Below, piece after piece: positions 39,462 through 48,333 of a DNA stretch of 64,000 nucleotides. Source of the stretch: an uncultured Planctomycetaceae bacterium. GTDB taxonomy: Bacteria; Planctomycetota; Planctomycetia; Pirellulales; PALSA-1355. A program made the position numbers and the translations under genes. How positions within the stretch are numbered: the stretch's first letter is position 1; every line of letters begins with the position of its first letter. The stretch covers positions 256,001-320,000 of the forward strand of contig CAWAUV010000005.1 in NCBI GenBank assembly GCA_963785305.1, written 5' to 3'. The notes under the pieces are model-generated. The model did not search any database and was not told the origin of the DNA. It saw nothing but the letters and a program-made list of their open reading frames with translations.

Positions 39462-41901
39462 AGCCGTCCAGCACTTGCGCGAAGCCGGCCAAGGCCAAAA
39501 CGGCCCGGCGCCCGGCACGAGCCCCTTGCCGTTCACCTCCGGCTCGATCACGACGACGCAAGTTTGGGACGGCAATGGGAACCTGTTGCAACTGATCGAC
39601 GACCGGGGCGATGTCACGAGTTTTCAATATGATACAATGGACCGCGAAGTCTTGATGACCTTCCACGACGGCTCGACGCGCACTCGCGTCTACGACGAGG
39701 CCAACGACGTGGTCACCTATACCGACGAAAACGGCTCGGTGTTCTCGAACACCTTTGATCCGGCCGGGCGAAAGGTTTCGGTATCGATCAGCCTCGCCAC
39801 CGGCGTCGTCGGCACGAATTATCAATCGTTCCAATACGATGGCCTCTCGCGGATGACCGACTCGCAAGACAGCGTGAGCGGAACCGTCGCCGAAGTGGTG
39901 ACCGTTTATGATTCGCTCTCTCGCGTGCTCGAGGAATCGCAAGTCTATGATGGCGCCACGCGCAACGTGACCAACGCCGCGTACACCTCGAGCCCATTGA
40001 CCGGCTTCACCTTCCCGAATGGCCGGCAACTTGTCAATTATTACGACGTGCTCTACCGCCGCACCTTGGCGCAGGACGTGACGAACACCCTCGATGTCGC
40101 GAGCTGGCAATTCTTCGGCCCAAGCCGGGTGGCCGAAGTCGCGCTCGGCTACGGCCTGATCTGCACTTGGCTGAACAATGCCCGCACGAACTCCGCCGTG
40201 CAGTCGAGCGTGAGCAATCCCAGTTGGGGCAATCAGTCCAGCGATCGCCTCGGCTACGATGGCGCCGGTCGGCCAATCACCAAGCGCTTTTTGAGTGGCA
40301 GCGTCAACGGCACGACCCACGCTTACAACGACACCACCGCGGCCGTCGGCTTCACGACCGCGTACGACCGTTCGTCAAACAAGCTCTACGAGCGTTCACT
40401 CCACTGCGAAGAGCGCGACCATCTTTATCAGGCGTTCGACCCGACGACGAATTGGCCGGTCGCCGGTTGCTACGATTCGCTGGGCCGCCTGCTCCAGTAC
40501 CAGCGCGGCGTCTTCAGCGCCACCGGCGGCCCCGGCAATGCCGGCGGCGGTTCGATTTCCACCGCGATCACGCTGCCGAACACCAACACCGAGGCGGAAT
40601 ATGTGCTCGACGGCCTCGGCAACTGGCGACGTTTCATCACCGACCCGGTCGGCGGCTCGCTGACGACCGAAGTTCGCCAGCACAACGGGGTCAATCAGAT
40701 CACCCGCGTCAGCGTCGTTGGGACGAATACCAACTTCGCTTACGACCACGGCGACAACGGCTCGAACAGCGATCCATCCATTGCCCGCCGCGGCAATGGC
40801 AACCTGGCGAACGACGGAATTCGCTCCTACACCTGGGACGCCCTCAATCGCCTTGTGCAAGTCAACCGAGTGAGCGACGGCGCCATCATCCAGCAAAGCG
40901 TCTACGACGCCATGAACCGCCGCATTCAGGTCACCGTCAGCAACGGCGGCCTCTCCGGAACGATCCCCAACGGCACGACGGATTTCATCTACAGCGGCTG
41001 GCGCCGCGTCGAGGAACGCCAAACAATCAGCGGAACCGACACGCCAACCAAACAGTACATCTGGGGCATCTATCTCGACGAATGCTTGCAGCAGTATAAT
41101 TATGTCGCGCTTAACGGCTTCGGGGCTGACGAGGAACTTTACCCGCTACAAGACCTGCTCTACCGCACCATTGCCCTCGCCGATTCGAGCGGCGTCATCC
41201 GCGAAGCCTACGACTACGACGCCTACGGCAACACGCTCATCTTCAGGAATTCCGGCTCACCACCCACTGCCATCGCCTGGGATGATAGCGATACCCAAGT
41301 CGCATTCCCGACTTGCGATGTGCTGTTCACGGGACAGAAATTCGACGCGGAAACCTCAATATATTACTACAAGGAACGGGAATATATTCCGGAATGGGGA
41401 CGGTTTGCGAGCAGGGATCCGATCGGTTACGATGCGCGTGACTGGAATCTGTATCGATATGTGTCGAACGGTCCGACGACTTTTAGTGATCCGACCGGCC
41501 GCGAGGCAGCTGCCGCGCTTGGCGGTTGTGTTGCGGGCGCTATCGGCGCGGGTGTCGGGACGTTACTTGTTCAATGGTGGAACGGTCGCGGATGGTGTTG
41601 GAAGAAAGCCGGCTGCAGTGCTGTGGGGGGCTGTGTAACTGGTGGTTTGATCGGTGCGTTTCCTAGCTGGCAAGCCGGTTGCATTGGGGGTGGGCTTGGA
41701 AGTCTTGCAACCGCTGCATGTGAGGCTGCTGCTGGTCTTCGTGGACCGCTCGATAAGTGTGATGTTTACAACATGACTCTAAACGTCGTGCTTGGATGCA
41801 TTAGCGGCATATCGGCGGAAGCTGCGCAGTCGAAGATAGAGGTCATTTTGACTCTTCTTGGTTTTGACGCCGCTGTGTGGAGCGACATTGCTGGCTGTTA
41901 G
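39460..41901 (+). CDS. Orphan Rhs module 5 (N-terminally truncated) with Gly/Cys-rich hydrophobic C-terminus
   Basis: YD repeats, REYIPEWGRFASRDPIGY, NGPTTFSDPTG, then a GxxxG-rich tail. Confidence 0.9.
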   Translation, partial: QAVQHLREAGQGQNGPAPGTSPLPFTSGSITTTQVWDGNGNLLQLIDDRGDVTSFQYDTMDREVLMTFHDGSTRTRVYDEANDVVTYTDENGSVFSNTFDPAGRKVSVSISLATGVVGTNYQSFQYDGLSRMTDSQDSVSGTVAEVVTVYDSLSRVLEESQVYDGATRNVTNAAYTSSPLTGFTFPNGRQLVNYYDVLYRRTLAQDVTNTLDVASWQFFGPSRVAEVALGYGLICTWLNNARTNSAVQSSVSNPSWGNQSSDRLGYDGAGRPITKRFLSGSVNGTTHAYNDTTAAVGFTTAYDRSSNKLYERSLHCEERDHLYQAFDPTTNWPVAGCYDSLGRLLQYQRGVFSATGGPGNAGGGSISTAITLPNTNTEAEYVLDGLGNWRRFITDPVGGSLTTEVRQHNGVNQITRVSVVGTNTNFAYDHGDNGSNSDPSIARRGNGNLANDGIRSYTWDALNRLVQVNRVSDGAIIQQSVYDAMNRRIQVTVSNGGLSGTIPNGTTDFIYSGWRRVEERQTISGTDTPTKQYIWGIYLDECLQQYNYVALNGFGADEELYPLQDLLYRTIALADSSGVIREAYDYDAYGNTLIFRNSGSPPTAIAWDDSDTQVAFPTCDVLFTGQKFDAETSIYYYKEREYIPEWGRFASRDPIGYDARDWNLYRYVSNGPTTFSDPTGREAAAALGGCVAGAIGAGVGTLLVQWWNGRGWCWKKAGCSAVGGCVTGGLIGAFPSWQAGCIGGGLGSLATAACEAAAGLRGPLDKCDVYNMTLNVVLGCISGISAEAAQSKIEVILTLLGFDAAVWSDIAGC

Positions 41902-41923
41902 TGTTTCACTGGAGGCCCATGAT

Positions 41924-42214
41924 ATGAATTATATCAATTTAGGATTCGGCGTCGTTCTTTCCGCAGCCTTTATCAGCTATCTCTGGCGATTGGCTCTTGT
42001 GCAATGCCGCGGTCAGTTGAGCCAACTGCCGAGAATGATTGCCACAGCATACTTGCTCTCGCTTGGGGTATGCTTTCCGATTGTCATTGGCGCATATGCT
42101 CTCTTGGCTGTTCCGACGGGTTTGTTTAGCATTGCGGTTTTTCGCGCTATCGCTGGATGTTGGCTCTTAACTGGCGCATTCATAGGACTTTGGCTTTCCA
42201 TACGTAACTGTTAA
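41924..42214 (+). CDS. Putative 3-TM immunity protein for Rhs-CT5
   Basis: GGAGG RBS before MNYINLG; three hydrophobic helices; last codons come from the IS end. Confidence 0.65.
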   Translation: MNYINLGFGVVLSAAFISYLWRLALVQCRGQLSQLPRMIATAYLLSLGVCFPIVIGAYALLAVPTGLFSIAVFRAIAGCWLLTGAFIGLWLSIRNC

Positions 42215-43759
42215 GCCGTGGCGTGGCCTGGGCGCGGGGGGGCGGTGGCGATATTGGCGGGGATCGCGGGCGAGGAATTTCCGGGGATGGGTCGCGTGGC
42301 GGATGGTTTAACTGCTATTGGTGATCGGCAGCGGCAGGGTCTTGCCTTGCAATTTAGCGCGCACGACTTCGATTCCATACCTTGCGAAGCTCAAACCGTT
42401 TTTCGCGCCGGTCGCGATCACGCTCTTGATTCGGGCGAACGCCGCCGCGCTCCATTCGGTCCGATGCGTGCCGCCATCATTCCTCGCCGCCGCCAGGCTT
42501 CGGATGTCGCGTTCGGTTCCGTTGTTGTCGGCCGGCACGTTCGGGTCGTCGAGAAAGGTGAACAATTCGTCGCAGTGCTTGAACAGCCGGCGCCAGATTC
42601 GCAAACATTCGCGATGCCGCACGCGCGTCTCGAGCATCAAGGTGTCGAAACGGTTTTGAATCTCGTGTCGGGCCGCGTTGAAAGCTTTTTTGCCGAGCGA
42701 CTTGCGCTCGTGGCCCAACCGGATCGCGTCTTGAAACAGCGTGATCAACGGCTGGATGAAGGCCCGCACGCTCGCCGCCGGCAACGTCTCGCGCAGCTTG
42801 TGCAACTCGCGAAGCAAATGGACCAAGCAGCGCTGTTTGCGGCAGTCGAGCCCGTTGTAGACCGCATAAAAATCGCTGACCAGCGTGCCCGCGAACGATG
42901 TGCCCAACGCTCGCTCGAGCACGGCCCGATTGCGATGACGATCGATCAGGAACAATGCCAAGCGCGGGTCTCGAAAACACCAGGCCCACGCGGGCAGTCC
43001 GTCGATCCGCCAACCGGTCTCATCGCCTTGCACGACCGGCGAATTGCGCAAGAGTTCCCAGAGTTTGTCGACCACCGGCTCGAACAAAGCGCCGCCCCAA
43101 CGCAAATGGCCGAGCAATCCGGCCCGGCTGGCCGAAAGACCAAAGAAGTCGTTCAGCAAGTGTTGCGTTTTGCCGAGCGAGATGCCCAGGTGAACCCGCG
43201 CGTAGCAGACCAACAAGCGCGCGCGTGGCCCGATGTGGGCGCCGGGCAGTTCCAAGTCGCCGCGTCCTTGGCAGGTGGCTTGGCAATGTTCACAACGATA
43301 GGTATGACGGCGATACCGATGCCATTCGAGCTTGGGCTCTGGAATCTCCGCCATCTCATGGTCTTCGAACTCGCCGGTGGCGGTCAGATCGCGGCCGCCA
43401 CAGTGCGGACACTCTCGCGGATGCACATCGTGTTCGATGAATACTATGTATTTCGATATGCGATGGGCCGGGCGGCGGCTCTGGACGAAAGCTGCCCGGA
43501 TGTTTGCGAAACTGCTTGCGGCGGCGATCCTGTTCGCCACGCCGCGCATCGGCGGCCGAGCGGGTTTTCTTGCGCCGCTGCAAAAACTTTTGGACTTGCT
43601 GTTCGAGTTGCTCGACGCGCTTGCGCAGCGTTCCGTTCTCCGCCTGCAACCGGGCGATTTCCGCTTCCAACTCGGCGATCCGTCGATCTCGATCATCCAT
43701 GATCCAATCAATGTGACCGAAAACCCAATTTCGGGAAAGAGGAAATGCTTAACAGTTAC
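42204..43759 (-). mobile_element. IS66-family element, copy 4 (full length, net +19-bp frameshifting insertion)
   Basis: Same IRs; 1556 bp. Confidence 0.9.
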
Positions 43760-43903
43760 GAATTTTCAGTCGGGAATAGTTTTTCCATTTCCGGTCCCGC
43801 TTTATGATATATTTCGCGGCCTTGAATGTATTGCGATTGCTGTTGTTGGCTGCCAGCTAACAGGATCAGCCTCAGTTGGGACATGCAAATAGGAGACATT
43901 AAC

Positions 43904-44584
43904 ATGCTTGCGGTTCGATTATCGCTGCTGTGCCTTGCGATGCTCTCGCCATTATTTCAGCAGATGAATGTTTTCGCTCAAGACGCAGTTGCCTTACCAG
44001 ATCAAGCAACATTGCCTGCCGGAATCGACAAAGCGGATCTTGATCGCGCGATTGCAAAGGAGCCTCTATTAACTAGGTGGCTTACTCGGGAGATCGCATA
44101 TACATTGCCGCTTGAATGGACGTTCAATAATTCGATCGGAGCCGCGTTAGATAGAGCACACTTTATTCCAGACTATTTGCAGTCTCTTGAGCTTTGCCCT
44201 TCAGGAGAAAACTACGAGCTTCAGATTAACATTGCTTATGCGAGCCGCCATTGTCCGAGGTTTAATAAACCAGCTCGCTCTGAAAATGACGAGACTCCGG
44301 CAACGCAGCAGGGAACGTTATACTTAACTAGCAATGACTCATCAAGATTTAAACAACTTGTCGTACGGCACGTTGATGCGATGGCGGAAACCACTCAAAT
44401 CGAGTTGGTAGTTCGCCGGCATGTGAAGAACGAACAGGGCGCCGTCGGTTTGCTTATTTTCGCTGAACGTTATGAGTTCATCCCTGCGAGCGACGATGCA
44501 CCGCATAAATGGTCGCTCATCGGCAAGGGCCATCTTGTTGATTTCCCCATTGTCCCTCCCGAAAACCATATCGGCGGGGAGTGA
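43904..44584 (+). CDS. Hypothetical exported protein (possible orphan immunity protein)
   Basis: AGGAG RBS, signal-peptide-like MLAVRLSLLCLAMLSPLF...VFA|Q; low GC; flanked by Rhs material. Confidence 0.6.
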   Translation: MLAVRLSLLCLAMLSPLFQQMNVFAQDAVALPDQATLPAGIDKADLDRAIAKEPLLTRWLTREIAYTLPLEWTFNNSIGAALDRAHFIPDYLQSLELCPSGENYELQINIAYASRHCPRFNKPARSENDETPATQQGTLYLTSNDSSRFKQLVVRHVDAMAETTQIELVVRRHVKNEQGAVGLLIFAERYEFIPASDDAPHKWSLIGKGHLVDFPIVPPENHIGGE

Positions 44585-44664
44585 AGGTCCCAAGCGGAGT
44601 TGAATTTCAGCGGCCGATCTTGGCGTGAGCCGAGGGTGGCGGGTCGGCGTGGGAAGGAATTCAG

Positions 44665-45068
44665 CCAGCGGCGGCGCCACGCCGACCGATAACAGCGGTT
44701 CGGGCAACGAGACGCTCACCAGCCGCGAGACGTATTTCGACGAGGCCGGTCGGCCCTACGAGCAGCAGCAAGACGTGTTCATGGCCACGGGCACGAGCGT
44801 GCCCTCGACGCGCGCGATCACGCACACCGGCGGCGGCCTCGCGCACAACAGCACCGGCAACGGTCACACCGCCACGGTCACGATCTCGTCGAGCCCCGGC
44901 CCCTCGAACGCGAGTTATGTGCTCAGCCGCACCGTGTACGATAGCGCGGGCCGCACCGTCGCCACGATGCAAGACTTGCAACCCTCCACTTCAAGCACGG
45001 CGCAAACGGCTTATGCTTTCGATGGCGCCAATCGCCGGATCAGCGAAACCGAACGCGCTTGGCAATAG
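44665..45068 (+). pseudogene. Rhs internal fragment
   Basis: YFDEAGRP, YDSAGRTV, YAFDGANRR repeats; no start or core. Confidence 0.75.
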
Positions 45069-45087
45069 CATGCCCTCTTGCGAGGGG

Positions 45088-45122
45088 AGCCCTCACCGTA
45101 CCGTCTCCTAAAGGGAGAGGGG
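45088..45122. repeat. REP-like palindrome (CCCTC.CC...CTCC..GGGAGAGGG type)
   Basis: CCCTCACCGTACCGTCTCCTAAAGGGAGAGGGG; related copies at about 58482 and 62680. Confidence 0.55.
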
Positions 45123-45357
45123 GTCGCGAGCGACTCGGCTCTTAATACGCGAGGGGCGCCGTTTTTCCGGGGCCCGTCGCGGGAACCATAAAGGCAGCGG
45201 TGGTTCCATTGACTCCACGAGGACGCCTGATGCCTGCCGGAAATTTGTAATAATTCCCCCCTGGGCCGAAGGGCGATCGGTGGATAGGCTTTTATAAGAC
45301 CCTCTCACCCCACCGTCCGCACGGAGCGCAACTCGATGGAAGAGATCGTCGTTCGAG

Positions 45358-45750
45358 ATGGACACAATGTGCCGGCTGGGCTGCGCCGATCCGCGGCCGG
45401 GTCTCTATTGTGTCGAGCTGCGGACTTCGAACTGGGAACGCGCCCTTGCCTGGTATCGCGATGGGCTCGGGCTGCGAGTGCTAGTTCGGGTGACCGAAGA
45501 TGGCTACGCGCTGCTCGACGCGGGCGAAAGCCGGCTCGCGATCTTGGCCCGAACAACCGTGGGCGAGCCGACGCGACGGATCAGCCTCGCGTTCGAGGTG
45601 GCCGATGTGCAAGCCGTCTCCGCGCGGCTCACGGCGCTGGGCAGCGCGATCCGCGTGCCGGCGAAACACGCCGAAGACCTGCGAGAAGTGAACACCACCG
45701 ATCCCGACGGCAACCGCATCCGCCTCTTCGCATGGCCGCCGGGCCGCTGA
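45358..45750 (+). CDS. VOC/glyoxalase family protein
   Basis: ALAWYRDGLGL, LAFEVADV, DPDGNRIRL. Confidence 0.85.
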   Translation: MDTMCRLGCADPRPGLYCVELRTSNWERALAWYRDGLGLRVLVRVTEDGYALLDAGESRLAILARTTVGEPTRRISLAFEVADVQAVSARLTALGSAIRVPAKHAEDLREVNTTDPDGNRIRLFAWPPGR

Positions 45751-46785
45751 GGGGAAAACCGGGGAGAGGCCACGGAAACGCACGGAAGGCCACGGAATGA
45801 AGACAGGGATCGTCCGTGGCCAGAAGCATTCGCTTGCTCACGCTTCCGTGTTTCTTCCGTGTGATTCCGTGGCAAAAATCATGGCCGCCGGGCCGCTGAG
45901 GGGAAAACCGGGGAGAGGCCACGGAAACGCACGGAAGGCCACGGAATGAAGACAGGGATCGTCCGTGGCCAGAAGCATTCGCTTGCTCACGCTTCCGTGT
46001 TTCTTCCGTGTGATTCCGTGGCAAAAATCATGGCCGCCGGGCCGTTGAGGGGAAAATCGGGGAGAGGCCACGGAAACGCACGGAAGGCCACGGAATGAAG
46101 ACAGGGATCGTCCGTGGCCAGAAGCATTCGCTTGCTCACGCTTCCGTGTTTCTTCCGTGTGATTCCGTGGCAAAAATCATGGCCGCCGGGCCGTTGAGGG
46201 GAAAATCGGGGAGAGGCCACGGAAACGCACGGAAGGCCACGGAATGAAGACAGGGATCGTCCGTGGCCAGAAGCATTCGCTTGCTCACGCTTCCGTGTTT
46301 CTTCCGTGTGATTCCGTGGCAAAAATCATGGCCGCCGGGCCGCTGAGGGGAAAACCGGGGAGAGGCCACGGAAACGCACGGAAGGCCACGGAATGAAGAC
46401 AGGGATCGTCCGTGGCCAGAAGCATTCGCTTGCTCACGCTTCCGTGTTTCTTCCGTGTGATTCCGTGGCAAAAATCATGGCCGCCGGGCCGTTGAGGGGA
46501 AAATCGGGGAGAGGCCACGGAAACGCACGGAAGGCCACGGAATGAAGACAAGGCACGAAGGCAAAGAGCGGCCGTGGCCAGAAGCATTCGCTTGCTCATG
46601 CTTCCGTGTTTCTTCCGTGTGATTCCGTGGCAAAAATCATGGCCGCCGGGCCGTTGAGGGGAAAATCGGGGAGAGGCCACGGAAACGCACGGAAGGCCAC
46701 GGAATGAAGACAGGGATCGTCCGTGGCCAGAAGCATTCGCTTGCTCACGCTTCCGTGTTTCTTCCGTGTGATTCCGTGGCAAAAT
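45731..46785. repeat. Tandem array of 7 x 149-bp palindromic units
   Basis: Units start at 45731, 45880, 46029, 46178, 46327, 46476 (162 bp) and 46638; each has (CACGGAA)x3 ... (TTCCGTG)x3 arms. Confidence 0.95.
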
Positions 46786-46813
46786 CCCTGTTTTTCGCGG
46801 ATAATCCGCGCGT

Positions 46814-48187
46814 TCAGTCCTTGGCTTTGTGCGCCGCCTCGAAGGCTTCATAGCGCTGCTTGACGCCCGGAATCAGCCGCGCGGCGTTGCCATGGTAGAT
46901 TTTCATCAGCACATCGTCGGGCAGTTCGACGCCATAGATTTGCCAGAAGCCTTGCGGCGGAAACTCTTGCTCGGAGTAGGGAAAATACTCGTCGCTGGTT
47001 TCCAGGAATCGCCAATGATAACCCAGCCGGGTCGCATCGCGCGGGCCATCGGTGCCAAATAGCACTCGGTCGGCATGGCGAATCAGGAACTTACGAGCCG
47101 TGCGGGGCTGGCGGCCAAGCTCCGCGATTCGGGCGGCGATGTCGATGTTGAGATTCGGATAGCGATCCAGCCAGTCGGCGACCCGTTCCAGGTCTTCTCC
47201 GCTGCCGGCCACATGGGCGCCGATGAATGTCGTCTTTGGGTGCCGGGCCACGATCTGTTCGAATTGGGCGAGCACTTCCGCGTGCGTCGGATAGCCGGGC
47301 CGATAAAAACTCCAGTCCGGGTGGCGCCGCAGTTCTTCCCAGCGTTCGTTCGTGGCGTCGATCGGTTGGAAAAACGCCGCCGGATCGCCGGTGTGAATGA
47401 GCACCGGCATTCCCAGTTCGCCGCAGGCCGCCCAGATCGGGTCCCAGCGTGGATCGTCGGCTCGAACGAGCGAGCCATCGGGATTGCGATATTCGAGCCC
47501 CAGTGATTTAAAGACTTTGAGCCCGCTGGCGCCGGCCATTTTCGCCGCCGCCAAGGCGATCGCCATGCGATGTCCGAAGTCGGGCCGCTGGCAGTCCCAG
47601 GTGGCCGGTTCGTCGGCGCGGCCTTCGCCTTGCCAGTCGATGTTGGCAAAGATCACGAAGCGCGATTCGTATTTGGTCCAGAGGTGTTGTTTGTGTTCCT
47701 CGAGCTTGGCGCCCAATTGGCCATCGAGGCTCACGCACACGGCGATATTCTGGCGGTCCATGAGCTCGACAAGCTGATCGAGCTGGCGGGCGTCGTCGTG
47801 GCGACGAATACGCGGATGCGTATGCGCATCGACGACCGGAAACTTCGCATGCTCGAGCAGGGTGCGGGGGACCTTGAGCATCGAGCGAGGGCGAAACTGA
47901 TCGAGCGCCAGTTCGCGGCCGTCGCGCCCATCGAGCGGGCCCGGAAAACTGGCCGGTGCGCTCACCGCTGGCGGCGCCGCCGCCGGAGATGCCGCCGCTG
48001 GCGATGCCGCCGCTGGCGATGGAGACGCCGTCGCCGAGGTTTCGGCCGCCAAGGCGACTGCCGGGCGAAATCCCGGCAGGGGGGAACCGAGGAACCATGC
48101 GAACGCGATTAGCAACGCCCAGCGGGGGCGCTGCTGGGCGCCCTCCATGCGAAAACCGGCGCCAAGCGGCACATATCGCTCGAACAT
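46814..48187 (-). CDS. Amidohydrolase-family (TIM-barrel) protein, exported
   Basis: DAHTH, GLKVFK, VLIHTGDP, FIGAH, VLFGTD, KIYHGNA. Confidence 0.88.
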   Translation of the reverse strand: MFERYVPLGAGFRMEGAQQRPRWALLIAFAWFLGSPLPGFRPAVALAAETSATASPSPAAASPAAASPAAAPPAVSAPASFPGPLDGRDGRELALDQFRPRSMLKVPRTLLEHAKFPVVDAHTHPRIRRHDDARQLDQLVELMDRQNIAVCVSLDGQLGAKLEEHKQHLWTKYESRFVIFANIDWQGEGRADEPATWDCQRPDFGHRMAIALAAAKMAGASGLKVFKSLGLEYRNPDGSLVRADDPRWDPIWAACGELGMPVLIHTGDPAAFFQPIDATNERWEELRRHPDWSFYRPGYPTHAEVLAQFEQIVARHPKTTFIGAHVAGSGEDLERVADWLDRYPNLNIDIAARIAELGRQPRTARKFLIRHADRVLFGTDGPRDATRLGYHWRFLETSDEYFPYSEQEFPPQGFWQIYGVELPDDVLMKIYHGNAARLIPGVKQRYEAFEAAHKAKD

Positions 48188-48333
48188 GAATTTCGATCCC
48201 TTCGCGAAAACGGGCCGCCCGTTGTAAGATAATCGTTGCGGTTTACGGTCGTCGGCGGCTTGGCCGCTCTTCAAAAGACCGATGTCATGGTAACTAGCCG
48301 GATGATCGCGGCAAATGCTCCGCGCGTTTTCTC

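Noticed and set aside
8310..43759. Integron or prophage
   Set aside because: No tyrosine integrase, no attC-type RYYYAAC/GTTRRRY cassette boundaries recognised, and no phage structural genes.
45731..46785. CRISPR array or repeated small ORFs (MPRNHTEE...)
   Set aside because: Units are 149 bp and almost identical, with no unique spacers and no cas genes; the ORFs are by-products of the repeat.
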